From assembly GCF_009914755.1 (NCBI RefSeq), contig NC_060925.1: DNA of 64,000 bases, one strand, 5' to 3'. A model generated the notes under the pieces. It saw only the letters and a program-made list of their open reading frames with translations, ran no database searches and was not told where the DNA came from. Every line of letters begins with the position of its first letter. Positions within the stretch are counted from its first letter, which is position 1. The DNA is from the human T2T-CHM13v2.0 reference genome, Homo sapiens. Below, in pieces: positions 28,391 through 46,970 of this stretch. The position numbers and the translations under genes are program-made.

Positions 28391-28424
<34 letters not shown>
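28391..28424. repeat. (CA)n microsatellite
   Basis: About 16 perfect CA units. Confidence 0.95.
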
Positions 28425-28426
<2 letters not shown>

Positions 28427-28899
28427 TATTCCTTTCTTTCCAACCTCTTATAAGGCTGGTGATTATAATGATCCCTTGATTCAAGCAAGGTTCTTACAGC
28501 AGAACAAGAGTAAAAGAGTCAAATCCTTGTCTCTGAGATATAAAATCTAAAGTTCAGCAGCAAAAGAAACATATTTTGAAGAACAGAGGCTGCTGCAAGT
28601 ATTTTCACCTCCTCCCAACATAAAGCTCTTCTGGGCTAGAAAGAGAGGAACTTCAGTCGGGAGGTATAGTTAAAGCTGGTGTAGGCTCCTTGAGAGGAGG
28701 AGTGGTGCTAGAATCCTTGGAGAAGCTTGGCTGGAGTAAAAGGCACTTGGGCTCATTTCCATTTGGGACCAGTGAGTCAGTAAGTCTTAGAGTTCTATCC
28801 TCAACTACAGAGGGGTAAATCTTTTACCTAAGAAATATTTTTTGTTTGTTTACAACAAAATTTTTTGAGCATAATAAATGCATTAAAGGTGCTATCTGA

Positions 28900-29269
<370 letters not shown>

Positions 29270-29329
29270 CTAAAATTGTACCACAAGACACAAGAGAGGG
29301 TGTGGTCTCCTCAGACAGATTGCCTTATG

Positions 29330-29510
29330 TGAAACCAACTCCATTTCTTGTGAGTTGTGTGCCTTGGGAAAGTTACTTTGTGCTTTTGTGCTTTCTTTCT
29401 TCATCTTTAATACTAACAATTATAGCTATTTATATGGTTCTTATTATTACTAAATTAGTTAATACATGTAAAGCGCTTTAGTTTAGTAAGTGCTTAATAA
29501 ATATTGGCTC
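29330..29510 (+). mobile_element. MIR
   Basis: GTGTGCCTTGGGAAAGTTACTT...GTTAATACATGTAAAGCGCTT...GTAAGTGCTTAATAAATATT. Confidence 0.75.
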
Positions 29511-30059
29511 TTAATTTATTATGCAGCAGAGTTAGGAGTATAACCAAGACTCATCTGACTCCAACCTGTGCTTTGAACACCGTACATACAGGCCCATACA
29601 TACAGCTGATCTCATTATTATAAGGACTGGAGAGGAATGGGATGCAGTTGACCTTCAAAAATAGCATCTCCCTGATTCTAGCTAAGCAGGGCTAATTGAG
29701 GCCCAAGCTGACAGGTCAGATGTTTCTTTCATAAGGATGTTCCTCTGTTTGACTTTGCCTCCTCATTTCTTCATCCTTCCTATGGATTAAGCCATTTAGA
29801 ACCAATTATTCGTATGAATACCTGTCAGAAATCTCTTGTATTTGTGTTCTCTGAAGTAAGAATGATTAAAATTATAATAAAAACTCTCCCACTCTACCCT
29901 AAAATGTGTTGTAACCTGGAACACCTAAAAATGTGTTGTTAACCAGAATATTTTCCCTCAGAGGTATCACAATGTGCCTATGAATATGTAAACTTGCCTT
30001 TTAAATCAATAGCTGTGAAAATGTGAAGAATATCTTGTGAAATTAAATGGAAGTAATTG

Positions 30060-30280
30060 CTAACATATTTAGAGTTTATGATGAGGGGAGTACTGTACTA
30101 AGCAGCTGACATCCAATAATTCATTTAATTCTATGGAAGCTCTATAAAGCAGTTGCTATAATTTCTCCCAATATAAAGATAAAAGAGTGACTCAGTTTTA
30201 GCTCAAACAAGCAAAGTCATAGCATCTGAGTGTTATCCAGGCAGTCTGACTACAGGGCCCTATGGCTTAACCATGAACCT
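30060..30280 (-). mobile_element. MIR
   Basis: TAACATATTTAGAG...TCATTTAATTCT...CCAGGCAGTCTGACTACAGGGCCC...CTTAACCA. Confidence 0.65.
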
Positions 30281-32695
30281 CAGAAAATTCTGTTCAGACA
30301 TTTTCTGGATGCCAGGTGGTCTTATCCAGCAGACAATGCCCTTTATTTCATAGGCATATCTCTGTAGAGTGACTGATTTTAACCTGATTGCCCCAATGCA
30401 TGTAAATTTTAAAATTTACACAAGGATATATTCCTTCCGGTGTGACTATTCCTTTGCTTTTGAATATTTGCTCCCGAATATAATATAAGATATGGTAGAA
30501 TTTATAAATATTTTAAGCTTCTCCTGTGGCCTTGTCCTTTTAAATCTGTGTATTTATAATTTCAATCCAATTACTTGTTTTTAACTTACATTTTTGCACT
30601 AAATTCTACAGGGGAATCTAAAACACTTCAGCATTTCTGAATTCTGAGCAACCTGAAAATAGGGATGTCTCAAGTTATATTCTTAGCTTCATCTTGCTAG
30701 TGGAGTAATTAAAGCACGGGTAAAATCTGTTTAAAGTTTAATGTAATTAGCAAAGCTTTGGGGTAAAGTCTTACTAAATTCTAACAAATAAAATGTATAT
30801 GGATTTTTTTTTTACTTATTCTTAAAAGGTGACAAGAAAAATTGAGTTATCAGAAAATCTAAGTCTCTAAAACTTCTTTACTTATTTTTATCTTCTCAAC
30901 TTATAATTCTCTTGACAGTTTCTTCAATTTTCTAATTCAGTTTATGTACATATGTGCAGAACTTAGACAGTTACAGTTACAGTGGTTTCCCTTCAATAGG
31001 TTGGGACTGTGTTTTTTTCTAAAATATTCTATATCATTTCTTCCATACATATTTTTTAAAAGTCTCTAATTTACTTTTGTATTTTCTCCACTTAGAAATA
31101 TAACTGTGATAACAGAAACTTTGAAAAAAATAATAGTTGAGGTTAATGTATTGAGGATTAAAATTTCTGATCCACATTTGAGGCCTGAATATTGCTTTAA
31201 GTGCAGTAAACCATTGTTGAGAACTGAAAATTATTCCCATTAGCTAAGAAAAAACAGAGGTAAACCACATTAACTTTCTCTCCACAGTCTTCAGTGAAAA
31301 TGCTTTCATTGTGCATATTTTGCTTAGAAAATGAACCAGCTTCGTTAAATTTAAACATCAATTGACATGATTCTATCAATTTTGCACTGATTATGAACAC
31401 TTTTATAGTGAATTATTTGCACAATAGTGGATACAGAGTGCCACTGTGGCCTTTTCAGTACGTTTGCATGGAAGCCAATAAGCTTACTATCAAAACCAGA
31501 GTGAAATTCACAGTTCTTATGGATTTTATTTTTATTCTTGATTCTAAGAATTCAAGTATATTACTTTTGTTTCGACATTGAATCTGAACTAACAAAGGAT
31601 GAAATGAAGCAAAAGTGAAATAGAGTTGAAAATAAATCTAAGCAGAGTAATGTGTGTTCAACCTATCACTACTAAAGTTTGAATTCTGGAAAATTAACCC
31701 ATTGTATTAGATCCCACTTGCATGATATAATATTGTATATTTTTACAAAGGATGTTTGCTTTCTTCATTAATTCTCATTTGTCTTTCTGACAATTCTATG
31801 TAACACTGTCATTCCCAATAAGCCTAGTGAAATATTTCCACTTGCATCCTCCAAGTCACACCTAACTGGCTGCTTCTTGGGTCTCTCAATTTAATTCCCA
31901 TAATGGTTATTTTTAAATTCTTTTATTTATTTACTTAAACACTACAGTTCTGGAAATGCAGTATCTCCAATCAGATCAAAGCTCTTCAGTAACAGGAGAA
32001 AATTATTCAAAATTCAATGAATGTTTATTTAGTTCTTGAGATAGGTCAAACAATGTAGTAAGAAGCTGAAAATTCATAGATGAATAAGCTACCCAAGAAT
32101 GTTGAAGGCAATTTGTAAGAAGGACTATAGTGTGGATGTGCACAGAGTGTTGTGGATCACAGGGGAATGAATAAAATCTAGGGCTGGAAAGAGGTTAAGA
32201 GACATGAAATAAAATACAAAACATTCAATTTATGTTTAAATTAATGAGTAGATGCATTTCTCATGAATAAGGAGGAGGAAGAGACAGAGAATAAGACCAG
32301 GTTATGGGTTTTCATAAAACATGGCCTGCTTGGGAAGGAGAATAGAATAGTTGTATATGGTCACAGGGTGCCAGAGAGGGAATAGTGGGAGATAATGTTA
32401 GATAGATGGAAGGCAGTCAGACTGGGAAGGGCCTAAATATTTGTCTTTTTTTTTTCTATAATATTTGTATTTTCCTTGTAGGAAATGGAAAGACATTGAT
32501 CTATATTACATTGGCGTTTTTTTTAATGAAATATCACTGTCTTTAAGAAGCAGTATCATACTCTGCACTTCTAAATTAGATGCCTTCTTATGTATTCCCA
32601 GATTTCATAGTATGCTGTACTTAGTTCTACCATAGTACTCATCATAGTTTTGTAATTGTGTATGTGAGTGTGTGTGTGTGTGTGTCTGTAGTCTA

Positions 32696-33020
32696 TTTTA
32701 ATTTTTTATTTAATTAATTTATTCTTACAGACAGGATCTTGCTCTGTCACCCAGGCTGGAGGGCAGTGGCATCATCACAGCTCACTGTAACTTTGAGCTC
32801 CTGGGCTCAAGAAATTCTCCTGCTTCAGCCTCTTGAGTAGCTAGGACTACAGGAACGTGTTACCACTCCCGGCTAATTAATTAATTCTTTTTTTTTTTTG
32901 GTAGAGAAGGGGTTTCTGTATGAGTGCCCAGGCTGGTCTCAAACTCCTCGGTTCAAGGCATCCTCCTGTCTCAGCCCCACAAAGTGCTAAGATTACAGGC
33001 ATGGGTCACTGTGCCTGGCC
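32696..33020 (-). mobile_element. AluJ inserted into an L2 3' end
   Basis: AluJ-type ATCACAGCTCACTG...CTCCTGGGCTCAAG; TSD TCTGTAGTCTAT at 32685 and 33025; (TG)n just upstream at about 32668-32685. Confidence 0.9.
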
Positions 33021-35889
33021 TATATCTGTAGTCTATACTAAACTGCAGGCTTCTGTAGGACGTTGACATACCTTATTCTCAGTTATATGCTCATTACCTA
33101 GCACTTGGCTTAGCCCATGGTGGATTCTTAGTAAATATTTGGTGAATATATTAATCACATTTTTAAGATGAGAACTCTGACATGAGTGTCAAGGATGCAG
33201 AGAAGTGAGATGGGATAATCAAGGAAAGTGACAAAGTATGAATTTAACCCTGAGAGATTATTCTGAAGTATATGTAATGAATATGCTATGCTTTGTTCAT
33301 TATAAATAGTCCAGTGTTTGAAGCCTTAGGTTAATTTAACTAGATCATTAAAATATTAGAATTTTCTAACTATAGGCTTAAGCCAAGTAAGCCGTATTCA
33401 ACCACATTAAACTATTTTGTCATATAGCTTATCTTCTTTCTTTCTACGGCAACAGAGATGGTACTATGGGGATGATGATATTGAATCTATATCTAATACT
33501 GTAGTCTATATCACAGGCAAAATCATATTTACACTATCTTGTCTTAACTTTGACAGTATGATTCAGTATCCAAGCCATTTCTACTTATCTAGGCTGCCAT
33601 TATATTCACGCAAGCCTTTGATAGATCAATGGAACAGGGCAGCCTGGTGGAGCAAGAAGAACCCTGTTTTAAGACAGAAGTCTTTAGGAAAAGTCTCCAT
33701 CTTGCAATTAAACTGTCTTGTGACTTTGGACAAGTTATCAGAGCCTGGAGCTAATGCTTCTGGTTTCAAATTTTAGCAGATATAAGTGAAGTAAAGTATA
33801 CAAAGTCTCTAGTACAATAACTGGCATAGTGGAATTTTTAGGCTCCTCCCTGGTCACCTCCCTGAGTTTCTTCACTTACTAAAGTAGGAGGTTTAGTGGC
33901 AGTCATTTCTGATGTCATCATGAGTGTATGATTCTATTACGATGAATTATAAAACTAGTTGTTTACACTTCACAATAGGGTAGACAATTGTCTCTCAAAT
34001 ATGGCAGAACATTTAAAAGGTGAAACTGAACAAAGTTTTCTAACACTGGATTTTTAAAAGGCTTACTATTTTTAATGCATTTCTAAAAAAGAAGTCCCTT
34101 ACTACTAGCATTACCTTCTGGGAAACAACAGCAATAAAAAAAGAATTGGAAGAATAATACAATCGCTTTTTCCTATCCATAAATGAATGAATGATGCAGC
34201 GCTTCTAGAACTGAAAAGCATTTGAGAGCCATGCTTAGCTTGAAATCTTTTTAGAATTATTTAGCCTTATTTCTAAGGAAGAGTCACTTTTATTTTTTAC
34301 ATATGACTACTTCCATCTTTTATAAAAATAGAAGAGACTGAAAATGACTGTCTTCTATAACCCTATGCTGTAAAGGCCTAGAGGGGATTGAGAAAAGAAG
34401 TAAAAACTGCTTGAAATGGTTTGATATAAAATGTCATTTTTTTCTAAAATGATTCTGACTTGTCTTTCGAATATTTTGAATGAAACAGAAAAGAACTAGC
34501 TTCCTATTAATCTAGAATATAGATTTTTTATCATTCTTAAAAAAATAATCCATTCAAACATTTCTTGGCAATATGGAGGAAGACTTGTCACATCACTCGA
34601 AATTTTCTTTAAGAAGCCTTGTCTCATAAAGTCAGTCAATCTCTTAAGATTTGAAGAATAATGATTATCTGGTAAGAAGATAATCAGGTTAAAGCTAGCA
34701 GCACTATGGAAAATTTTCTTTCTTGAGTCTGAAAGGACTGTTTGGCTTTTCTAAAGCCTAAGGTCTTGTTCCCAAACCTCCTTACTTTAAAGCCAAGTTA
34801 ATGAAATATATTAACTACTATCACTTAGTCATTATGCTAAATATTAACATTTTAATAATATACTGTTTTTGCAAAAGCAAGTATATATATATGTATAATT
34901 ATACAATTTTTCACTTTTATTATATTTATTTTAAATATTTAAAGTTTTAATATAATATTCTAAAAATATTATAAATATTTTTTCTATATATAAGAAAAAG
35001 TGCAAAAACACATACCAGACTATTGGTGGTGGTAGATTCACAGAGAATATATGGTACAGGAAGTTTTCTTTCTATGCTATATCTCTTGAATTTTTGATAA
35101 AAACATAAATATCTTTGGTAATTAGGAAATATTTCCTAACAAAATTAGTAGATGAACATATGAAGAGAATGATATGTCAAAGAGAAGGTATAAACCCCAT
35201 TAAGATAGGCTCTGTTTCTGTCTTGTTGAGGATTGTATTTCACAGTGCCTGCCTCACAGAAGGCACTTAATAAATATTTTTTGAATGAATGAATCAAAAC
35301 ATTAAAGAAGCTGCCGCAACTAATTTACAAGCTGTCTTTAGAGACCACATGAAATCTTTCTTCATATGGGAACATTTGCATTGTTAGACTAGGATAATAC
35401 ATCTTTGACCACTGCCGTGGGAATACATGCCTTGGAAATACTTTCAGGTGCAAGTCTTTGGAAATATAGTCATTCAGCGAGAAACAAACAAACAAAAAGT
35501 GTGTTCATTATGTTTGCTAGAATGGCTCTTTTTGTAGGATTATAGAGGTTTATTGTGCATGACTTAACACATTTTGAATTTGGCAAGATCTACAAAATGA
35601 GAGAAATAGATCCTGACTCCTTCTTATCTACTTGTGTCTTCTTTTACTAAGAGAGTGTTTTACTGGCAGTCTACCCAGTAACACTAGCACAGAATTCATA
35701 TTTCCTTTTACTTTCATTCATAAGCACTTTTCCACTTTCTAACAGAGAACTTGAGAAAACTCATTAAGTCTTAGAATTTCACTCATTCCTGGTGAACAAA
35801 ATAAAGTTTCTTCCTTCACAGAGATTCTAAGGGTGTGATAAGGGGTAATATTTTCCTTAGATATGTCTACAACAACTATAGATGCAGCA

Positions 35890-36080
35890 GCAACTACTAT
35901 GTCCTGAAGACCTACTATGTGTTTGGCACTACATACACTTTCTAATGTAGTTTTTCTAAAAACCTTATAAGTTAGGCATTTTTATATTCATTTTTAGAGG
36001 GTGAAACTGAGGCTCAGAGATATTAAATGTACTCAAAAGAGGCTTGTATTAAAATGACTTGCCTGAGACTCAATTCTGGT
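35890..36080 (-). mobile_element. MIR
   Basis: CCTACTATGTGTTTGGCACT...GAAACTGAGGCTCAGAGA, antisense MIR core. Confidence 0.7.
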
Positions 36081-39000
36081 AGGTCTGGATCTAAGGATGT
36101 TTGATGCTGTGGCTGTTTTGTTTTGCAACTTTCCTATAATCCATTGTTCTTACGGCTTCACTTGAGAGCTGCCCCTTCTATGTAAAGAGCATGCATAGCC
36201 TGGGAAATTCTGATGAAAATTAGAGTACAACCCTGAAATGCCAGAACTTGGATTGCACTCAAACTGTCACATGCTTTCTAGCTATGATAAATGGGACTGA
36301 ACTCATTAGTGATGGATTTCTAGCAGCAGCAATTGCACAGGTAAAACTTCTTAACTAAGCAGATATTCAATCATTCTGGCACTGTAAAATGTCATAAGTG
36401 CTCTCAGTGTAATCATCTTTTTGTTTCTTTGCTACATTTGGATGAGTAAAATCAGGAAGCATTAGAATACTGCTAAGTCCTTCCAAAAGTATAGGCCAAA
36501 TGCAGAGGTATTTTGGGAAACCCACTTCTTGTGTCATACTAAGCTTTCTTGGATCTTGATTATTTAATGCCAAAAGTGCTAGTTGAATTACAGTCTTGTA
36601 CACTTGAATGCAGAAGAGTAAGTGGACTCAGCTCTTGGTGGAAGTATACCTTTATTTCCTTTCTCCCCACTCTGGCAGATCCTCATCTATCTCTATCTCT
36701 CGGGCTCCAGGAGTTTGGCACTTTGCCACCCAATTAGCTCCTGAGACAGCATAATGAAAGTTAATGGACCTCCAATTCAGGTAATTCACATGAATTAAAA
36801 ATAACTTAGGAAAGCATTTAGGGCCCTATAAAATCAAATTTAGAATACTACATTTAGAGGTCATAATAGTCCAGTTCAAACTTTCTGCCACACAAAATAA
36901 ATTAAATTTATTTGAAATATCTAAAAATTATTAAAGTCAGAGAGAATAGAATTTTTCCAAGTCTTTTGCAAAATAAATAATCCCAGTAATGTTTTCTTGC
37001 TTGATTAGTTCTAAATGTTTTAAGATCTGATTTAAAGATTGCTTACACATTTTAAAGTACATGTAGAAAAGACTTGTAGCATATAATAAACTTACATAAA
37101 TTATTTTATAATTTCTAAAATTCTATAAAAATTATGGTCCAATATAGAATATAGACTATAGAGGAAAAGGGTAGTATTTGTGCAGAAACCACATAAATTA
37201 TATGATAGATGAAAGAGAATGAAAAGGGACCTTGAATTTGCTTTAGAAGAGGCATAATAAACTTACTGCTGGAAACCGTTTAATCCTTTCCTTTGTTACA
37301 GATTGAGCTTCACTTAAACCAACCCAGAGGGACTGCTGAAATCTCTTCAGGAGCTAAATTTTTCAATTCCACAAATATTTATTAAACTAGGCATTATGAA
37401 TTCAAATATAGAGGTCAGTAATGTGCTGTCCTATCCTTAAGTAATCTACAGTTTAGTTATTAGATAAGGCAAGTACTGGCATCTTACAGTGCAAGGAAGA
37501 ATATAATAGTGGCCATAGGCAAAGCACAAAATACTCTGTGAGTTTTTTTGAAAGGAAACTAAATCATGTTGAAGTCTGCATGGTAGAGTGAGAAAATATA
37601 AAACTGAGGTTTAAATATGGTTTTTCCACCTTCTAATTTTGGGTCCTAGGAAATTAAACTTTTGGAGCTTTAGCTTCTTTTGAATAAAATGCACTTCATA
37701 AGTGTTTTTTACAAGATTTTCTCATTATATGTTTATTAATTCATGAAGAAGTATGTACTGATTGTTAACTGTTTGCCTGGTTCTATAGCTGTACAGTGTA
37801 TAGTATAGTTGGGTAGCAAAAGTATGGTAGGTGCTATGATAAAATGGATATGCAGATTATAGCAGGGCTTTAAAGAAAAGTGTAGTCACTACTACTCAAG
37901 GGAGATCCAGAATCTCTTGTAGAGGAGCTGCCGTTATGATCTTTCCTTTGCAGATGAGAAATTGAAAGCTAAGAACATTTGAATAATTTTACCCAGGGTG
38001 GACAGTTACTAAGTGGCTGAGCCAGGAGCCAGGGCTCCAGCATTTTTACATGAGGCAATCAATTCTGTGTTAGCTTTGAAAAGGATTATCAAAATAATGG
38101 GACCTAAAGGAATCATTTACATCAATGGGAATGTGCATACCTCAATATCTCAGAGCATTTTAAAGAAATTGATATTTTGCCTAGCAATTATTTTTAAAAT
38201 TAATGGTGACATATACTCACTCATATAACTGTTATGCAAAGCAGGCTTTTGAATAGTATGTGGAAATATTTAAGAAGTCTTCTAGTTTCAGGTTACTTTC
38301 AAAGAGTTTTTGTTTCCAAGCCATCTCAATGGAAGTAAAATAAACTGTCTCTGTAGTTCAATAATAAGCTCTCATGACCTCACCAAACTCATATTTTTAT
38401 CCTATGTCAAGGCACTATTCTTTTGTACAAATGCATAAGGCCAAAAAATTGTTTTTTTCTCATTACTTAGGACATTCATATAAATTAATCCTCTCAAAGG
38501 GGAGAAATCTATCTTGTACTTTCTCATTCCTCCCTGCTTTCCCATTGCTCTTGTAGAGGGTGGGAAATAAATGCTGGTGACACTTTCCCCTGCCATTTGA
38601 AGGCACTGCTATCCCATGGTATAGCTGCTGAGGAATTGCTAGAATTGATCTTATAGTAAGTGACTCTCAGTAAGTGCCTTTGTCATTGTCTTCCTCCCTT
38701 TGCCTCCACTGTGGATGCAATAATGGTTCATGTATTACTGCATGAGCAATCACAAAGAGAATATACAGCAAAGTCCAAGTTAGTGTTTACACAGAAAATG
38801 AGAATAGGGTGCCCATAGCTATACTGAGCAGATGCCTGATTATTAATGGGAAGTGGGAGAAGATAGAAGGCTCCTCATGCTTTCCAGAATCCACAGGTGT
38901 TTTGACTTGTGTCACCAATATAGCTGTGGGGAGCTCATCAATATCATCTCCTAATAATAACTGGCAATCCACTGGGGTAACCTGAATTTTCCATCTTACA

Positions 39001-39360
39001 GGCACAAGAATCTTTCTGTAGCTTTGTGGGTAGCCAGATAAATGGAATCAAAATACTTATGGCAATTTATCTTTGACAAAAAGGCAACAGGGCAGCACAT
39101 CACCCGGGACACACTCATCTTGTTCTCACATGATCAACTAAAGGTGACCTACAATAATGAAATAATTGTTTATTATAGGGCATGAATGTATTAAATAAGT
39201 TGGAGAATCTCATGGCAAAATATGCATGGCTCTGGATTATTTTACTTAAGATGAAGATAAAAAGTGTAGAGTGTGATTTTTTCCCCCTGCTATACTGTAA
39301 GGCTTTATTTTTTCTTTTGTGGAAATACTATATTCTCTGTATTGACTAATTGACTAGTTG

Positions 39361-39490
39361 CAGTGGTTTTTAAACTTTAGTGTTCCCAAGAACTTTCTGG
39401 AATCATGTTTAAATTGAAATTGGTGGGTTCATCTTCAGATATTCTAATTCAGTAAGATTATAGTGAGACCCAGGAGTAAGCATTTTAAAA
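39361..39490. mobile_element. MER5-type hAT MITE fragment
   Basis: CAGTGGTTTTTAAACTTTAGTG...TTCTAATTCAGTAAG...GACCCAGGAGTAAGCATTTTAA. Confidence 0.6.
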
Positions 39491-39521
39491 GTGGATTTAG
39501 ACTGAGAAAAGTATTACATAA

Positions 39522-44340
<4,819 letters not shown>

Positions 44341-44344
44341 TGTT

Positions 44345-45230
44345 TACTCTTCCCAATCAGAGTGATCCCCAAAATCCTTAAAGGGCTTGCAAGGGCTACA
44401 TGCTTTTTACCCCACCCACTCATACATCACTGACTGCATTTCTTACCGGTCTGCTCCTGTATCCGTCTATTCCAGCTGAAGTGACATTTTTGCTGTTCAT
44501 AAAACAATACAAACATGCTCCAGTGTGAGTCTTTGGCGTTCTCTGTTCTTTCTTCCTGAAATGCTCCAACCCAGATGACATGGTTTGGCTGTGTCCCAAC
44601 CTAAATCTCGTCTTTAATTCCCACATGTTGTGGGAGGGCCCCGGTGGGAGGTAATTGAATCATGGCGGCCGGTCTTTCTCGTGCTGTACTTATGACAGTG
44701 AATAAGTCCCACAAGACCTGATGGTTTTATAAGAAGGAGTTTCTCTGCACAAGCTCTCTATTTGTCTGCTGCCATGCATGTAAGACGTGACTTGCTCCTC
44801 CTTGCCTTCTGCCATGCTTTTGAGGCCACCCCAGCCACATGAAACTGTATGTCCATTAAACCTCTTTTTCCTCCCAGTCTCAGGTATGCTTTTAAAAGCA
44901 GCATGAAAATAAACTAATACATCAGATATACCAAAGTTCACTTTTACATTTTCTTCATATCTCAAATACTTTCTTATCAAAGGTATCTCCTGACCACCCT
45001 ATACATATACAACATCTGGTTCTCCTTAATTGCATTATCATTATTCTAATCACTTATTCATCCCTTACATATTATAGATTTTTCTTGTTTACTTCCATAT
45101 TGGTTGTTTCTGCCCACTAGAATGTAAACACCTCAAGGGCAGGATTTTATGAGCTCTATTTATTGCTTTCCCTTGAGCTTTCTGAACACTTTGGCATTTA
45201 GCAATGGCTCAATAAATATTTATTGCATGA
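44345..45230 (+). mobile_element. L2 3' portion, interrupted by a THE1 LTR
   Basis: CAGAGTGATCCCCAAAATCCTT...; CCCACTAGAATGTAAACACCTCAAGGGCAGG...GCTCAATAAATATTT. Confidence 0.75.
44576..44921 (+). mobile_element. THE1A/B solo LTR (ERVL-MaLR)
   Basis: TGACATGGTTTGGCTGTGTCCC...AACTAATACA termini; 5-bp TSD CCAGA (44571-44575) and TCAGA (44922-44926). Confidence 0.93.
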
Positions 45231-45701
45231 TGCTCTTCTTGCTTTCTGTTGTGAGATATAGCAAATTTAACGTAGAAATCAAATATTTTTCATTGTAACT
45301 TATTAACAAATTACTTCAATACTCTTCAGAACCATGCTTTCTTTCCTCAATATTTGTTTAACATCCTTTATCAGAGATATAATTCCTAAACAAATAGGGC
45401 CCACTATTGTGCTTTCTATTTCGCTGAGCCCTCTCTCTATAATCTATTGCTATTTGTGCAATCTTTTACACATAGGCAACCCTAGCACAATCCATGACCT
45501 GAAACACCAGTGTAAACTAGAACAGGACTTTACCTCTGAGTTTCTATCCTGGTGAATCTTTGGGGGATACTCCAAGTTTTTCTAGTCCCCTGAAATGCAT
45601 GCATGAGTCCTTAGGAGACCATGAACACATTCTCCACTTTCGCCTTCTTTAGCTTATCTTTGCTGCCTTCTGATGTTCTACCTTGTGCCCCGTTATTTAC
45701 C

Positions 45702-45720
45702 TGGCCACCAGATGGTGACA
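45702..45720 (+). promoter_or_regulatory. Candidate CTCF-binding motif
   Basis: TGGCCACCAGATGGTGACA versus the CTCF core TGGCCACCAG(G/A)(G/T)GGCGCTA; lies outside any repeat I recognised. Confidence 0.55.
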
Positions 45721-46679
45721 TAATTATTGCTATTCCCACCAAGATCATTAGCACAAATGTCTCTTAAAGTTATGCACATCATAGCACAGGCTGCTTTTGC
45801 AAGGAAAGGAGAGAAGCTTTGGCTCACTTGTGTTAAAAGTTATTGGGGTTCCTGCTGAGCTTTCCCATTTGCTCAGTTTTGTGTATTGCTTCCTGGCACA
45901 TACTAGAGGGATCTGTTAGGCCCACTCCCTCAGTTTCTTACAGCTGCCTCTCTCAAGGTATTTGTAACAAGTCCCCCCGAGGCCTGGGAAAATTGGAGTG
46001 TCTCTATCAAGTATTCACCCAAATCATCTTCCCATGCTGAGAATCAACATGTTTGCTAGGATAAATCCCAGATGGTTTGTGTGTCTCTATCTAGGGCAAA
46101 TTTCCCACCCACCTGGAGTCCTTGTTGAGAGACTGGGACTGAAGAGAGGCAGTGGCTCTTTCTTTCTCTTTTTTGTTCCATAGTCTTAATTTCAGTATCT
46201 TTTATAAATTCTCATGCTAATGTGTAATGTAGGTCTCACTTGGTAAAATCCCTGCAATGCTTAAAAAAAAATCCATAAAAAACATTCATTAGAAAATAAG
46301 CTATTTCACAACTAGCACAAACACCATCCAGTGCTACAGACAGGTGAAGAGAAAGATTGTAACTCATATACTAAACTTCATAAGTTTTATTCCCCAGAAA
46401 CTAACGTCGCTTGCGTTTCTACTTGTTGTTTGCTTAAGCACTTCTTTGGTAACTAAACTTGGATGGCAAAATGTTAATGTGTAGGAAAGTAAATGGCTAA
46501 ACATAATTTATATCAGAATGGTATTTTGAAAGTGGCTTTTTTTTAATTCATGTGTTCATCCAACAAACATGTTCATTGCTCATTAGTGGTCAGATGTGTT
46601 GAGCCCACAGAGATGAATATACACAGTGTGTGCCCTCAAGGACTAACAATAGTAGATATAAAAATCTAAATCACTCTCT

Positions 46680-46970
46680 GTAAGAGGCTTATTGACAAAC
46701 TTGAGTGTGTCTTCATAAATGTGATGATACTGTTGAGGCTCTTTGGAACACCTGAGAGAGAAGATAACATTCTGGAGGCCCAGGATACTTGTCTTCAAGG
46801 AATTGAAAGTCTATCATATGGACAAAGGAGTAGACTCAATGTGTGTGGCTTCAGAAGGGAAAATTAAAGCGATGCAGGATTGAGGACATTGAGGAAAAAC
46901 ATGTACCAAGTAGACTGTTTAGAAAATATGGGCTACCTTCAGAGGAGCAAAGTGGTGGAAGTTTTAAACA
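46680..46970 (+). mobile_element. L3/CR1 LINE 3' fragment
   Basis: GTCTTCAAGGAATTGAAAGTCTATCATATGGACAAAGGAGTAGACTCAATGTGTGTGGCTTCAGAAGG resembles the CR1/L3 3' region. Confidence 0.6.

Noticed and set aside
33417-33776. 119-aa ORF with an acceptor-like site before RWYYGDDDIESIS
   Set aside because: Non-ATG start, no canonical GT donor at the expected place, runs into a MIR, and no recognisable homologue.
36367-39005. Minus-strand ORFs at 36367-36603 and 38787-39005
   Set aside because: No recognisable domain or convincing splice framework; lengths are within the random range.
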